Source: Bigelowiella natans CCMP2755 (lineage: Eukaryota > Protista > Cercozoa). From it: a stretch of 64,000 bases of DNA. Of this stretch, positions 28,341 through 44,226 are shown piece by piece (the stretch's first letter is position 1; each line of letters begins with the position of its first letter). The stretch spans positions 1 to 64,000 of the forward strand of contig ADNK01000566.1 in the NCBI GenBank assembly GCA_000320545.1, written 5' to 3'. The position numbers and the translations under genes were made by a program. The notes under the pieces were generated by a model. It was given only the letters and a program-made list of their open reading frames with translations, ran no database searches and was not told the origin of the DNA.

Positions 28341-29422
28341 TTAATAGGTGTGTGTGTGTGTGTGTGGTAATGTAATATCTGTATGTATTTAACGGTGATT
28401 TAATTTCCAGCATGGGCTTCGTTCGCGTTGGCGCACTCTGTAGGCATGAACGAACCAACTCCGAAGATGACGACGACAACGATGTGAGAACATGCAACAA
28501 CGCGGAGAGAGGAGGGAGGAGAAGGATGATGAGGGAAGAGGAAAAGATCTGCATGCATAAATATGCTGTCTAAAGATGCTGTCTATTGTTCCATTAATTT
28601 GTTCCAGCTGCCTACGTGTATGCATTGCACATCCTCGTGGACGTTTGGTTTTTGTAAATAGTCTCTGTACCACGCACGCGCACATGACCCCCTCCACACA
28701 CATGATCCTTTCTGTTTCATTGTGTCGTGAAATTACTTTAGGAAGAAGTCGATGCAGCTGCAGCAGCTGCAGATGAGAGCGACGACAACTCTTCCTGCTC
28801 CTCTTCCTCCTCTTCCTCCTCTACCTCTTCCTCCTCTTCCGGTTCCTCCTCCTCATCATCTTCTTATTCAGGTGCTCATCAGCATCGCGACAATGTTGCC
28901 TTGTTGCCTTTTATTTGTTGCTAAATGTGAATCATTTGCATAGCTTGTTGTGGACACAGAATACTCAGGATGAGTAACAAATACTACACAGAGTGAGTGA
29001 TGTAGTTTTCAACACCAGTTGCCTCTCCCATGTCAGCACTCGTAAGATGATAATTTCTCTCAAATTATCAACAGCACCACCTCCACCATCACCACCTCCA
29101 ACCCCCAACATTAAAAGCATCATATCCTACACACAGATGATGCTAGTAGCGATGAGGATGAAGTTGAGAAAGATTGCCGACAAGGAGCGGGGGGCATTGT
29201 GTGTAGCGATCGGAAGAAGCCGCAAAAGAGAAGAGGCCGAAAGAGGAAGAAGAACAAGCAGGCAATTTTGCTGTTTTACTTTCTTTCCTCAATAACGTTA
29301 TCCCCCCCCCGCCGCTAGAATGAAAGGGAAAGCCCATCAGATTCAATTCGACATTGATTTCGTTGCTCTCGCTTTGAGCAGCAAGCACGAGCGTTGCAAC
29401 ATTCTTGTGAATTATAATATGG

Positions 29423-29476
<54 letters not shown>

Positions 29477-31104
29477 AGAGCTCAATTTCTACGTGCTGTT
29501 GCTGTTGCGCCATTCTTTGACATATCCTCACATGGTTTCTTTCCTCTGACCTACATTTTTGAGCCTATTGTTTTTTTAAAACAATATTCATTTTCGGCCA
29601 GGAAGGGAAACCAAAGAGGAATATTAGCAGCTACATGTTATTCTACAAGGTGATTACAATGTCTGCCGTTGGTGGTAAATATCGAGCCGTCGCATTGTGG
29701 TGAAGGAGGACAGAGGACTGAGAGGAAGGCAGAGGGAGAGTTTTTTTTTTACAATGTGACGATGATATGAGGCACGAAATTGTGCGGGCAGCATTGTGCA
29801 CTGAGAAGAAGAGGACTCCATGCTTTTGTGCACACGGAGGACGTCGATGATATCAACATGACACTTCCAACAGGCGACGTTTGCTGAAGAGAAGGCGAAG
29901 CGGCCTGATCTTGCCATAACGCAGATTGCCTCGGTACACCACCCATCCTCACCATCATCGTTACAACAACAACAACAACTACTACTACTACTACTACTGC
30001 TATTTACTGCTGTTAGCACTTCTGCCAACGACAGAAGAATCAGCAGCTGGCAGCAAACTTCTACAGTAGTATACTATGATGATAACCTTTCGAAAACCAG
30101 AGAGTGCGAAATTCACATTTGAACAATCTACTTCTGGTCAATAAACAGTTGGAAACCATGCTCCTACTCCTACTATCTATCCGTGTAGATGTTGTCCAAG
30201 CAGTTGCTGTTGTTATTGTTGTTTTGGTTGTTGTGCACATACCAAGTATCTTCGATTGTTTCCTCTTTTCACATCTCACTCACTTCCCTCTCATTAGCAA
30301 ATCTCCGCGCGGTGGCGCGAGACCGGCGATGAGACGAAAATGAAATTTGCTAAGCTTGCTGAAGTGGATAAGAAGAGGTGTGTGCGTGGGTAGCAGTGAG
30401 AGGGGACGAGGATGCATTCGATGATTTATTAAAGCATATCAATGAGTTTTGCATCATATTCTGTTTTACGCTGGACATGGGTGTATTTCATATTTTTTCC
30501 TTGTTTCCGGCAGATACCTGAAGGAGCTCGAGGAATACAACCTAAAGATAAGGGAAGAGGAGGAGGAGGTTACAAATGCTGTCGAGACTGCTAATAGACT
30601 TCTTACCCCCCCCCCCCTCTCATGACCCATGCAATCTCGCTCAACCAAGAGCTTTCTCTACCGTCTTCTCCTCCTCCTCCTCCGAACTGATTCATTCATC
30701 CGATAATTGACCAGGAGAAGAAGAAGCGAAAACACAAGCACAACAACAACAACAACAACCACAACAACGGGAGCGAGAAGAAGAAGAATTAGAAGAAGAA
30801 GAAGAAGAAGAAGAAACCCGAAAAAGGGCGGTGAAGCGAAAGCGGAATGAGCCTAAGGTGTCTTACAAATTAACACAATTCTTCGTGGGGAAGTGTGGGG
30901 GGGAAGGGGAGAAAGAAAGACACCGCACCATGTGGTGGTATAGTACTGCAATCTCCATGAAGTACATAGGAGGAGGAGCGGTTTCCTAACAACAGCACTT
31001 GTTTGAAAACGTAGGCAAGTCATCGTTGAACATGAATAGTTCAGAGGGCATGATTATGAGGCCTATCACCGCTGTAAATCCTACTACTGCTGGTGATACT
31101 ACTA

Positions 31105-31137
<33 letters not shown>

Positions 31138-31380
31138 GTGATACTACTTGTACCACTCCTATGCGAGCTGGCAGCTCCAGAAGTAGTAGTGCGTACCCGC
31201 CGCTGTCGCCGCCATCGTCGTTGTCGTATGTTCCATTCTCATCACTCGAAGTGAACCAAGTCGTCGCTGTAAAGAACACAGCATTCTATAAGGTACTCGC
31301 ATATGCTGATGAATGTATAGGGCGAAGAGGGTGAGTGGGGTGAAGGAGCGACTTAGAGAACATGCACACGCGCGCACGCA

Positions 31381-31418
<38 letters not shown>

Positions 31419-33954
31419 TTGTGTAACATAATGAATTCGATCGCCACATCTGCTTGCTGCTCAAAATCCACTAGCTGCTACCACTACTAAGAAGGATGTG
31501 CATTATATAGCTTATTAGAGAAGGAGATTATACAAACCCTCTTCACCCATCCGTCTGCTGCTGCTGCTGCATTGTGCTTCAATATTTGAAACAGCCGCCG
31601 CCGATCATAAATTTCTTCTCCTACCTCTTTGTTGTTTGTTGTTCTCGTTGCCATTACTCGTACTCTTCTTATCGTCGTATTCTTTACCGTGCTGCACAGT
31701 CCACGTTTGCAAAGTACCGTCTCTGGGTAGTGAAGTCCCTCACGACCGAGGATGCGGCATATTACGAAGCCCCTCGCCCGATCCGACGGCGAAGAAGCCG
31801 CAAGTCAATGCTATCACAGGCAGCCGCTTCATCGCAGCTATCTTCATCATCATCTGCTGCTGCTGCTGCTACGACGACTAACGCTGCTGCATCTGCTGCA
31901 TCCAAAGCTTCATTGTCCAATGACGGCGACGACGGAGGGGGCAAGATTAATACCGATAATAATAGTAATAATAGTGGGTTTCGTGCCAGTCAGCCTCAAA
32001 CAAAAAGCGACAACCAAGGAGATTCCACAATAGTACCTACTACCACTACTACTACTGCTACTGCCGCTGCTGCCGCCTCGAGTGCCAGAAATGATGCTCT
32101 CTCACTTCTTCCTCCTCCTCCCCCTCTTCCTAGTCTTATCCCTAGTGATAAGAAGAAGCAAGGGAGGACGTGCCGTGTAGTGACTCTCGTGCCTCTGGTC
32201 AAGTTGGACGAGGTCTCCTCCCAGAATTTGACGACTGTTATGACGACGATGGCTGGGGCCACCACGAAAAAGAAGAGGAATACGAAGAAGGACGATGACA
32301 ACAGGAAGAACAAGAAGAAGAAGCAGCAGCCGCAGAGTATCATCAACGGCAACGAGAATGAAAAGAAACAGGAAGATGAGAACGATGTCTACAGATGCGG
32401 CGCTAAAAGCAACAACAAGGTCGACGAGGAAGGAAACTTCAGTCGTAATCGCTGGATGGCGTTGGTAGAAGGTGATATAATGGAGATGAAGATACCGCTA
32501 CTGAGTGCTTGTTGCAGTAGTATTCCAACAACCACCACTAGCACCAGCACGAAACCTGGCGAAGGCGTTAACGATGATGATGATCATGCTGATTCTAACA
32601 CTGGCGATGGTTATGATGGGAAGATGGTGATAGATACGAGTCAGAAGGACGATAAAGAAGAAGATGACGATCATCACGCGGAAGGGGGGGAGGACACGGT
32701 CGGGGCAACACCGGTGTTAAATTCAAGGCAAACAGGGGCGCACGGGAAGAGAGAGGAAGAAGCAGACGACAACGACGGCGACGACAACAATGATGATAAT
32801 CACAACGGCAAGAGGAACGAGACCAAAGACGGGCAGCGGCTGCAAGCAGATGGCGAAAAGTCAGCAGGGGATAGAAGTATGATTAACATGGTGGTAGAAA
32901 GTGAGGATGATGGTGATGGTGAGCAAGACGGCGGGGTCGAGCAAAAGGACAGTAACATTGAGGGGGGGGGAGAGGAAGAGGGGGGGGAGGAGGAAACTGA
33001 GCAAAAGGAGGAAGCATCAGCAGAGGTTGGTGATAATAAGGGGTTGGAGCAAACCACGCCGACACTCACATCGAAGATAGCAAGGGAGAACGATGATGAC
33101 GATGATGATGATGAAAACAGGGAAGAGAATGAGAAGAAGGTCAAGACAAAGCACTACAACCAGTACGGTGATGCTCCTCTCCCTCCGCCCCCTCCCCCTC
33201 CCCCTGCCACTCCCCCGCAACCTGCTGTCGATCGAAGCTCGTGGGCATCAATTGAGAAAAAGCTCAAGGTTATCGCCGTGCCAGCAATTGAGAGAAGAGG
33301 AAGAGGAGGAGGAGAGGCCGGGCGGTGGGAGATAATTATCGACAAACTCACGGGGAAGGAGACGGGAAGAGTCTCTACTAGCTTGGAGTGCCTTCAGTGG
33401 GAGCTCAATGAGGGGGACTTCATGCTGTTCCGTCGGCGCCGAAGCCGAGGTGAGGTGCTGGTTTGATGTGTGATGTGTGATGTGTGATGTGTGTAGACGG
33501 TCGCTTGGGGTTGTAGTAGTAGCAGTAGTAGCTATGGTGTTGTAGTCGCACTATATTGCGTCTTCTAATGTCATGTGGCATACTGAATGATGGAGACTAA
33601 CATACGAATATACTCGGAGGCTAGAAGGATGATGATGAGGAGGAGGAGGAGGATATGATGATGTTCTTCATTATTTTCTATTATCCCGAGGAATGTGTCC
33701 ACCATATCTGATAACTGCCCAATCACCACCCTGTGATTGTCTAACCCTGCTCCCCTCCTCCAGCAGCAGGGGAGAAGAATCAGCTTATGAAAGGGAAGCG
33801 AAAACATATCAAATCGCCGAAAAAGAAGGCCATTCACACGACCCCAATACGGAAGAAGATGGTAAGGCTTCCGAAAAGCCCTCGCCCTCCCCCTAGCGTC
33901 TACAGCTTCTTTCGAGAATGCCTTCAGGGAGCGAGAAATCAAGGTAGTACTCGG

Positions 33955-33987
<33 letters not shown>

Positions 33988-34113
33988 GCAGCAGCAGCCG
34001 CAGAGGAATTCTATTGATAATAATGATATAGTCGCCGCCACATCTTTGTGTCGCGATGATGATCGATGATGCAATACTATCACCATCATTACGATTTCCA
34101 TCGTTGGAATTTG

Positions 34114-34157
<44 letters not shown>

Positions 34158-35549
34158 TCTCCCTCCCTCCCGCTCCCTCTCCTCCCGCCCTCCCTCCCCC
34201 CCTTCGCCATTCGCCGTGTTCATTCTACGACTACAGGAGCGCCCGGAGCTTAGAGACGCGGAGACGGCATTGATAAAGGGACTTGCTCAGGAGGCTTTTC
34301 GACAGCTCTCGGATGAGGCAAAGACACCGTATGATGCAGCAAGACAATATTTGTCATCATAAAACAAACATCCTTTTTCCCTCCTCCTCACGGCACAGGA
34401 AAGATGAGAGCTGTTTCGGTTCCTCGATACACCGACCATAACCGTTTGATGATGATATCATTGGCAAAAACAATAATAACAACAATAGTAACAATAATAA
34501 TATTAATGATTGTGATAGTGGCGGTTATTCATGGTTATGGTGATAACGTGTCTCAGTTACGTCAGTGCGTATGAAATCGCGCAACAAGCGTACAAGATTG
34601 AGCTTGAGGCCTGGAAAGTTGAGAATTCCGAGAAGATAAAGATGCGGAAGGTCCTCCGGAAGGAGCTTCGGCAGGTCACATTCACTACTAGACGGTTAGA
34701 GCATTCTCCTCAGCTTACGTGAAGGATGCTGATAGTGGCATATCATGGTGGCGACCACTGTATATGATCGATCGATCACGGTGTTATGCAATGTGAGACG
34801 AAAAAAAAAAAGCAATAGGTTACGGCCCAAAGAATAATGAATTTAGATATAGAAATAGTAGGCCACATCCACCATCACAGCTGCTGCCGTCGTAGAGCAG
34901 GTGTCGTGATATCACTGGAAGATGACGATTAAGCTGCTGCGCAAAGCAAGAAGCTTCATTGACACTCCATCTTTTCTCACCAGGAAAAAAGACGTCGGGA
35001 GAATATCGGAAAGCCAAAGCGTGCAAAGACTGCCAAACAGTTCTACATCTTCCATTCGCGCCGCGCGTTCCTGGCAAGCTTCCAAGAGGGGAGAAAGACT
35101 AACGGTGAGAGAGGATCAACCGTGGCAGCATCCGCAGCAGCAATAGCAAACGCAGATAATGAGGACGGGGAGGAGACCGTGGCCATCGACTCACCATCAG
35201 GCAGCAACCGTAAAGTGAAAATAGAGGGGCACAAACCAGAGGAGCTCGAAGTTGGGGAAAGCAGCATGGAACAGCTAGAAAGACAGGCAGAACGCCAGCA
35301 GAAACAGCGAGGCCTAGATCGCGAGGGTGGTGATAATGATGATGATGAGGATGATAAGAAGGTGGAGGAGGAGGCCGAGGCCAAAAATGGCAGCAACAGC
35401 AGCAGCAAGCACGTCAAGGACGATACACAGGAACATGATAGCTGCTTTGGAGTGAAGATGGAAGTTGATCGGCAATTTGTGAAGGAGAACACAGAAGAAG
35501 AAGAAAAAGACCAAACCAATAGCGCGAAGAATATCGGCATACATAAGTA

Positions 35550-35590
<41 letters not shown>

Positions 35591-36056
35591 TTCGTGGACT
35601 GATGGGTGTTACCTACGAAATAACAGTCTTTAACGATGATAGTGGCTTGTTGTTGCTATATTATGATATCTCTTTGTGAAGGTTGAAGATAACCACGCTA
35701 AAAATGAAGAAGGAGGAGGGGGAGGAGACGAGCGAAAATCGGTGGTGAAACAAGAAGCTCTGTCTGACAATGATGGCGCCCGAGGAAAGAAGGGGAAAGC
35801 AAACCAAACTAACGAAGCAGGAGAAGGGGAAGAAGAACAAGAACAAGATGATGATGATGGCGATGATGATGATGAAGGCGGTGTGTTACGGCCGGCAACA
35901 ACCCCCGACAGCAAGCTACGTAAAGACATCAACATCAGTGAGCTCAATGCCCGATTTGCAGCTCAATGGGAATCTCTTGGCGAAGATGCGAAGAAACAGT
36001 AAGGAAAAAAAGCAATATCAAACAGAAGTAGGAGGAGTATCAGCATAGAGCAACAG

Positions 36057-36104
<48 letters not shown>

Positions 36105-36918
36105 CGGGAAGGCCTAAAAGAGACAGGAGCCAAACATAAATCCATATGATATGACGATGACAATTTCGAGAGAATTCTTCAATATTATCTTTCATACTCT
36201 CTCCTCGTTGCGGTTAAATATACATAGATACCGGTCTATGGAAGAGAAGGACGCTGCTCGATTCTCCAGCGAAATGAAGCTTTGGGAGGAACGCCACCCG
36301 CGCAAACCAAAGAGGCCAAACTCAGCTTACTTCCTCTTCTCCATGGAGGTCAACAAAAGGCTTAAGGAGAGAGAGGAGGGGCCGAAGCTCTCATTCAAGG
36401 AGATCTCACGCCACGTTTCTGAGGAATGGGGAAAGCTTTCTAAGGAGGCCAAAGAACCGTATGTGGGTATGAGAGATAAGGTACAGTATCACAAAGACTG
36501 GAGGGAGGAAGAGGGGGAAGAAGAAGAAGAAGAAGAAGAAAGCATGAAACGCTAATAGAACAGATTTAATTGATCACCATCATTACCATTATCATCATCA
36601 TCATCATCTTCATCACCATGTATTGATGGCCTCTTGCCATTCTCGCACACCGTTGGTTGCAGGAATCGCTCAGATATAAGGAAGAGCTGCGGGTCTACAA
36701 AGAGAAGATGGCAAAGCTCAAGCAGATGCAAGAGGAGGAGGAAGAGGAGGAGGAGAAGGAGGAGGAAGTACTACAGAGGAAGCAAGGAAGGAATGAGGAA
36801 GAAGAGGACGGGTACACACTAACCACACATTAAGCACACACAACCTCAATGTATACACCTCACGAATAACACAAATCGCGGTTGGATTTATGGATTATTT
36901 GTCTTTGGCTGCTCGACA

Positions 36919-36954
<36 letters not shown>

Positions 36955-37702
36955 ACAGTGCTATTCTATACAACTTGTTCCTCTCTCTCCTTCTCTCTAT
37001 GTTTGTGTGTGTCTGTAATGTTCGTGTTTTGGGGGTCCTCCCTCCTTGCTGTTTCTATCTCGTACGTATAATAATAATAATGATAATAATAATAATAATT
37101 CATCTGTCCGTGATATGACCAGCGTACAGAAGAAGAAGAAGAAGAAGAAGGAGAAGAAGAAGAAGAGGAAGAAGAAAGGACAGCAGAAGCTGAAGAAGCG
37201 TAATAAAAATGAAACTAAAGCGGCGAAGAAACCGACAGGGAGCACGAGTAGCACTCACAGTGTCGAAGATAACAACGAAGATGACCAAAAGGGCTGCAAT
37301 AGCGTGCTAACGACGCCATCGAGAATGAGGATGGGCAAGTTGAACAACAAGCGTCGCTCTCCCCACAACATCCATAGGAGGGGGGGGGGGAGGAAACACC
37401 TCGAAAAGAAAAAGGGACAGAATCTGCTTGAAAAATGGCTGGCCTCTGGAAGGGGGAAGAAGGGGATAAAGAGTAGTAGTAGCAGCAGCAGCAGCAGCTC
37501 CTATGGCAGACGTCGCAACAACGTTGATGTTGATGATAATATTATGGAAGAAGAAGAGGAGGAGGAGGAGGAGAAGGTTACTGTTTCAGATGCTGCCGGT
37601 GTAGTAGCGGGGGCAACTATGGAAGAGGTGGTTTTCTTTATCATAATCATTGGTTTTGCGGTTGAACGGTGATGGGATCTGTTGGTCATCATCATCATTA
37701 TT

Positions 37703-37734
<32 letters not shown>

Positions 37735-38245
37735 TGCACCTGGTATGCTTATTGTTTTCTCTATCATTACCATTGCACTTGTTCTTATTTACAGCAACAA
37801 AGAAGTAGAAACTGGAAGGCGGATTGGGGGCCACGTACTCGACAAAATGTTTGACAACATAGTGAGTGGTTTTCGCTCGATCTCTCTCTCTTTCTCTCTC
37901 TCTCTCGCGCCCTCCCTCCCTCTCTCCCTTCCCCCCCCCCTTCTCTTCTCTGAGCATCCAATCAAACACCGACACACCGCGCGTGTACACGTAATTTATC
38001 CATCGTCGTCATCATCATCCCCCTTCTTCTTCTTCTTCTTCTTCTTCTTCTTCTTCTTTGTTCTTTCTTCTTAGAAACTTTCCGGAATTAGCTCAAAGTA
38101 CCGTTGGTACCTCGCTACTCCTAAGGACACGCCCTCAACCATTGCGCGACGGTAGACTACGACAATAACGACAACGACGACGACGATGACAACATACTTT
38201 GGTGGTTACGATGGTGCTTGCGATGCCGTAGATTCCTCTTTTTTG

Positions 38246-38282
<37 letters not shown>

Positions 38283-38585
38283 GCGACTGGTGGAACCAGC
38301 ATCATCAAATTGACGAATAGGAAGGCCAACACACGGCACTACCAGTGATTTCTCTCTATTTTAAACTCACCGACATAGTTTTCATTCAGCTTATGTTTAT
38401 GTCCGCTGTCCCCTCCCCCCTCCCCCTCCCCTGATCTTCCGCGATTCGTATTATTATTCCGTTGATTAGATTTGGGATCCGTGTTTCGGATCTTATCTTC
38501 TTCAACGATCGTCTGCACCCCGGTCTCAAGCCAAAATCAAGACTCTACGGGGGCACAAAGATAAGGTACCTAGCAACAACTGAGA

Positions 38586-38638
<53 letters not shown>

Positions 38639-39637
38639 AAGGAGCATAGGTACAGTATCCTTCCCCCTTACTCTCCTCTCTGATCGTATGCTCCCTCCTC
38701 TCCTTCTCTCTTCCTTCTTTCGAATGCTATTACCTGTAACAACAAAGGATTCCCCTCATCGTCGGCAGCCAATTAAATCCGCGCAGCAACAAGGACAAGA
38801 ACAAGAACACTAAGAAGAAAAAGAAGACCGCTGGCGATGATAATGATAATGATAATAATAATAATGATGATCATGAGAATGACGGAAAGAGTGGCGAAGA
38901 TAGAGCTGCTGGCAACGAACAGGTTGCGGTAAACAACATCATCAACACCAACAACAACGTGTTATCATAGCGCAGTTGAGAAGGAATATGTGTGACTAGC
39001 ATGCAATATAGCACCCCTTTTTTTTTCCCCTTCCCCCCCCCCCCCCCCCTTTCTCCCCCTCTCCATACCTTAGAAAACGAGTGGAGAAAACCCGCGGTCC
39101 TCTCATTATCCGCGCTAAGGAGAACGAGCCCATAGCGAAGTGATAAGGAGGAGGGGGAGGAGGAGGAATATAAAAGGGAAGGGTGGGGGGGGGGGGGGGG
39201 GCTGCCGTAGTGAGTGGAGAGGAATTTAAGGCTCGGAGCACTATCGTTAACAGTGTTATTAAGGGCTATATCCGGGCACCCCCTCTGTTTCTTATATTAG
39301 TGCTCCCAACATCCTTATTCGTGAGCAGCGAGATCTACTTGTATTATCTAACTGGAATGTGTACTTCTGCGAAGGCAACGACATGACGAATCACGCGTAT
39401 TTCTGACCCCTCCTCCTCCTCCTCCTCCTCCTTCTCCTCTTTCTATTGCTATCGACAGGATCGCGAAGAAGCTGGAGGTAAAATCGGAGCTAATGCTGAA
39501 ACTGAATCAATCTTGGTAGGTTAATATTGTCACGCATAGAAGCTAGAGAAAGTAGGGCGGAGAGGGGGGAGGGGGGGGGAGTAAACAGTAGGAAATATCA
39601 TTGATACAATGACAAGCGTTGTCCCTCTTACTTGTAC

Positions 39638-39672
<35 letters not shown>

Positions 39673-40692
39673 TTATGACGACGGTGATGGTGATGGTGAT
39701 GTTGTCAGTGAAAGGTGCTGATGAATGAATGATCACATCGTTGTTGTTGTTGTTCTTGTTATTGTTGTTGCTGTTCTGTTGTTGCTGTTGTTCCTGTTTT
39801 TTATTATCTCCATTTATTAGGTACGACAACATCTCCCCCCACTCGAAGCTGATGAAGGTCTCGTCTGTGCACCGTCGATAGCGTCGTCGTCGTCGTCGTC
39901 TTTCACACGAATAAACTCTCTCCCACCGCACCGTCACTCGTCTATGCTCCGGAAAGAAATCATCGTCGTAGTGTCCCCTTCCTCACTAAAATCGAATGTT
40001 GGAACTAGTAAAAACTATCTTGCTTCTACCCATTATATACACCAATTTTCTGCCTAGCCGATTGCCTCCCCCCCCCGCCGCCTTACCCCGCATACCAAAT
40101 GTGTATTATATGCTATGTTTGATGGTGCACAGGGTACAGTCTTGCGTGTCCCTGAGCAGGATGCTTCAGACGTCTCTGATGCCGACGACGATTTCCCGCA
40201 TCTTTTAGCTAACGGAAAGGTATGTTTCGCTGCTGCTCCTGCTGCTGCTGCTGCTGCTTCTTCTTCGGAGTATTGAACTGAGTAAAAATGAAAGAATGGA
40301 GCCCTGAATCATCATCATCATCATCATCATCATCATAATCATCGTCATCGTCATCATCAAATACCGTGTCCAGGAATTGGACGAGGAGTTGTTCACCGAA
40401 AAAAGCTGCTACCGGTAGTTAGATGTTTTTATCAGAGTATAATTAAATGCATGCTGAGTTGTTAAAAATCGAGCGGTGTTGTTGAGGTTATCATCCGCAA
40501 AGAACGACATCTATTCTGTTCTGTTCTGCGGGAGCAGCGCCATCATTATCATGACTTCACTATCATTAGAAAACAAACATGATGAGCAGTAGCAGCAGCA
40601 GCAGCAGCATTGTTGGTGCTACCGACACGACAGCAATACGATGATGAGATGGTAGAAATGATAGCAGCAACAACCTAACAACGATCACCAAC

Positions 40693-40737
<45 letters not shown>

Positions 40738-41656
40738 CACTGGGCATTCAAAACTGATAGACTGGAGCACACGGAACCCTCTTACATGATGGTGAGAAGG
40801 GTCATCCGCAAGCATGCCACCACCTCGACAAAGACTGCTCACCGTAAGCCGCGGAGAAGGGGCGGGGAGGGGCTGCTGACGTCGCGGCTGCATAGCTGCC
40901 TCGTGACTCACATCCGCAGACCGAAGCAAACGCGCGACACCTTTGATTGCAGGACGTTTAAGGTGTATAGGCTAGACTAGCCTCTCTGTGTGAGTGGAGA
41001 ACACATCTTACAGTAGTAGTGGTAGTAGTCGTGCGGTGATGGTGGTGGTGGTGGTGGTGGTGGTAGTAAGGATGGCAAGACTAGAGGAGATGACGACGGG
41101 CTTCAGAAAGAGCGACGATAGTGTAGCAGCAGCAGCATCATGCGTGTTCTCACCACCACCACCACCACCACTAATTATCTCCTCCTCATCTCTTCTATCG
41201 TCGTCGTCGCATCATGTCACAGCGGATCCCTCGAGTGGTGACGCCGCCCCCCTCCCCGCGCCTCACGAAAAGGGCAGTGCGTAGCAGTAGCCGCAGAAAT
41301 AGGAGCGGTGAGGGGACAACTACAAATCGCAGCCGCCGAAGATACGCTGACGAGGGGAAGGGGGGGGGAGGGAGAAATGACACTGTTCCTGCCCTCGTTG
41401 TACGCAAGCACGTTAGAATTAAACTGGACTCCAAAATCATCGCGCCTCCAGACGAAAACCGGACGGTAAATGGTCGAATCAACCCCCCCCGTGCTTCTTG
41501 CCCGTTCTTCTTCTTCTTCCTCTTCTTCCATTTTGTGCTCCGCCTGATCCTCATTACTTCATCTCTCTTCATCAGCCATATTCGTTCCTATAAACTACGA
41601 TTTCCTCCTCACCTCCTCCTCCTCCTCCTCCCCCTCCTCACATGATGATGGAGAAA

Positions 41657-41701
<45 letters not shown>

Positions 41702-41813
41702 TTGCTCCCAAGGTGGCGGGTCCAATGGAAGCGCTGGTTGCAGGCCAAGGTATTTTTTAGTAGCGTGGGAGTAGTTGAAAGAGTATTTGTTCGACTACTA
41801 GCAGTAGGAGTTA

Positions 41814-41846
<33 letters not shown>

Positions 41847-42037
41847 CAGTAGTAGTAGTAAGCTTCCAAACGACGTATATCCAAGGGCTACGAACATCTC
41901 TATACTCTCGTCACTTTGTCAGGACATTCGTCTCGCAAGCGCAAGTCGTCGTCGTTGTCCAGGAAGCGTCGTAGAGTTATAAAGTCGGAAGGAACCACAT
42001 GCAAATGACACGACACCCACACTAGCAACAATATATA

Positions 42038-42088
<51 letters not shown>

Positions 42089-43390
42089 AAGAGAGAAAAC
42101 GAATTATAACTCTGCCACCATTTCTCTGCTTCGTAGCAGTAATCGTTCATAAACGTGCACACATAAAAATAGCTCGATTTCTCCTCCTCCCTCCTCCTCC
42201 TCCCTCCTCCTCCTCCTCCTCCTCCTCTCTATGTCTGTTCTCTGACCGTTTTGTGGTCAGTCCTCTTGCTTTCTCCTTTTCCCTACTGTGACGGATCTAC
42301 CACTACAACTACTACTACTACGAATAATGATATTAAATACGTGGGTGGTGGGTGTTGTTGGACGGGTTGTCGTCGTCGTCTTCTTCGTCTTCTTCTTCTT
42401 CTTCTTCTTGTTGTAAAGTGTGCGGTTCTCGGATCGATTCTTACAGGTTAGTGCCGGTTGTAGCTAGCAAGTAATAAGGACGGCTGCTGCTGCTGCTGCT
42501 GCTTTCATGCTGCTGTAACTTGAATACTCCTCTCCCGCCCCTAGATAGATACACACATCATAACCCTGTACGTACTGCAACCGCATGTCCGTGACCTGAG
42601 TAAGCACCGCTGTCGTCGGTTTATGAGTAGTCTGCATATTTATTTTTAAAAATCGCTGAGTTGTTCGTTTAATGGGTGGCTACGGCAACAAGCAGCAGCA
42701 GCGGCAGAGCAGTGATAGCAGTGACAGTAAAGATGATGCAATCACACCAAGTGGCTGACTGACTGACCGATGCGGTTTTGTTTTAATACGACGGTGTCTA
42801 GGCAAGCGTGTTGCGACGACCCCTAGAAAGACGGGGAGAACGTCAAGATCCAACGCTGCTGCTGAGAGGAAGAGGGAGACTCTTACCAACACAGCCCGAC
42901 AACGACCCTGCAATAGAACAGGGGGAGGCGGGAGGAAGAAGAGGCAGCAGGAGGTTCAGCAGTAGCAGCAATGGTGAGCGAGATGGTACAGCACTAACCG
43001 GTGGTAGCATCAATGGTGGGTGTCCCAGCAGGACGATGACAACGGAAGAAGCTGGGGAATACAGCAACAAGAGGAGGAGGAGGAAGGAGTCAGGCAGCAG
43101 CAGCATCAACAACACTTTCAGTACCAGCAGAGAACCGCCATCGTCTTCGCGTCTTACTTCTTCGCCATTATCGATGCTGATGATGAGGGAAGGAGGAGAC
43201 GCCACCACAGTAGCAGCAGCAGCATCAGCAGCAGAGACTGGGGTGGCAAAGACTTTAGAAGGGGGTGGGGGTATTGCCGCTGCATCATCATCGTCTGATG
43301 GTGGCAGCATCGCCATCACGAATCCTCCAGAGCTATTTGACAAGGTAATGGAGTGGTTGTTATTCCGACTAATTGTAGCAGCAAAGCGTG

Positions 43391-43434
<44 letters not shown>

Positions 43435-43951
43435 GTGCGTATGTGCGTGTGTGTGTGCGCGTGTTAATTACTCCTTCCTACTACTACTACTACTACTTAC
43501 TATTGTTGCTACGTATTTACCACGCATTCGTTGGCTTCCTTGCTGCAGGTGGTGCGGGTGCTGGATGCCGAACACGAGTACGTTAGTAGTAGAGTAGCAG
43601 CAGGATATATATTATCATCATCAATCCACGCAGAGAACAGCGAGAGAGGAGGGCCAGAGAGAAAAGGGAGAAGGGTAGGGGAAAGAGAAAAGTCCAAAGA
43701 AGAGGGTGGGGGGGGGGGGGGGGGGGCCAAAAATGATAGGAGACCTCAGTGTCGATGTGGTGTTGATTTGTAACGTTCTCCTCCTCTTCTTCCACCCTTC
43801 TCTTCTGTCGCTGCTGCCGGTCTTAAAAGATACTACTTCGTCCTGACCTACATACCAGATCTAAGGTAGTAGTAGTAGTAGTAGTAGTAGTAGAAGAAGA
43901 AGTAGTAGTAGGATTTATCACTGCTGCTCCACGGGAGAAGAAGAACAACTA

Positions 43952-43995
<44 letters not shown>

Positions 43996-44188
43996 TACGA
44001 AATCACAACCACATGGGGTTGGATCGGCCATGCTGTACATTAACATATGCACTATCCGAGCGCACGCACGCAAAACACAGACACGCGTATACGCTCATAA
44101 GGTGGTGCCGCGTCTGCCCAATGATGAAAAGCGGTTGCTTCGATGACGGCAAGGTGGTGTGGGAATGTGTGGCATGCGAAGAGGATCT

Positions 44189-44226
<38 letters not shown>

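Noticed and set aside
31574-33466. 630-aa ORF as a stand-alone gene
   Set aside because: It begins in intron-like sequence and is mostly low-complexity D/E/N/T/A. It is better explained as a large internal exon of the GNAT-HMG-LysM gene.
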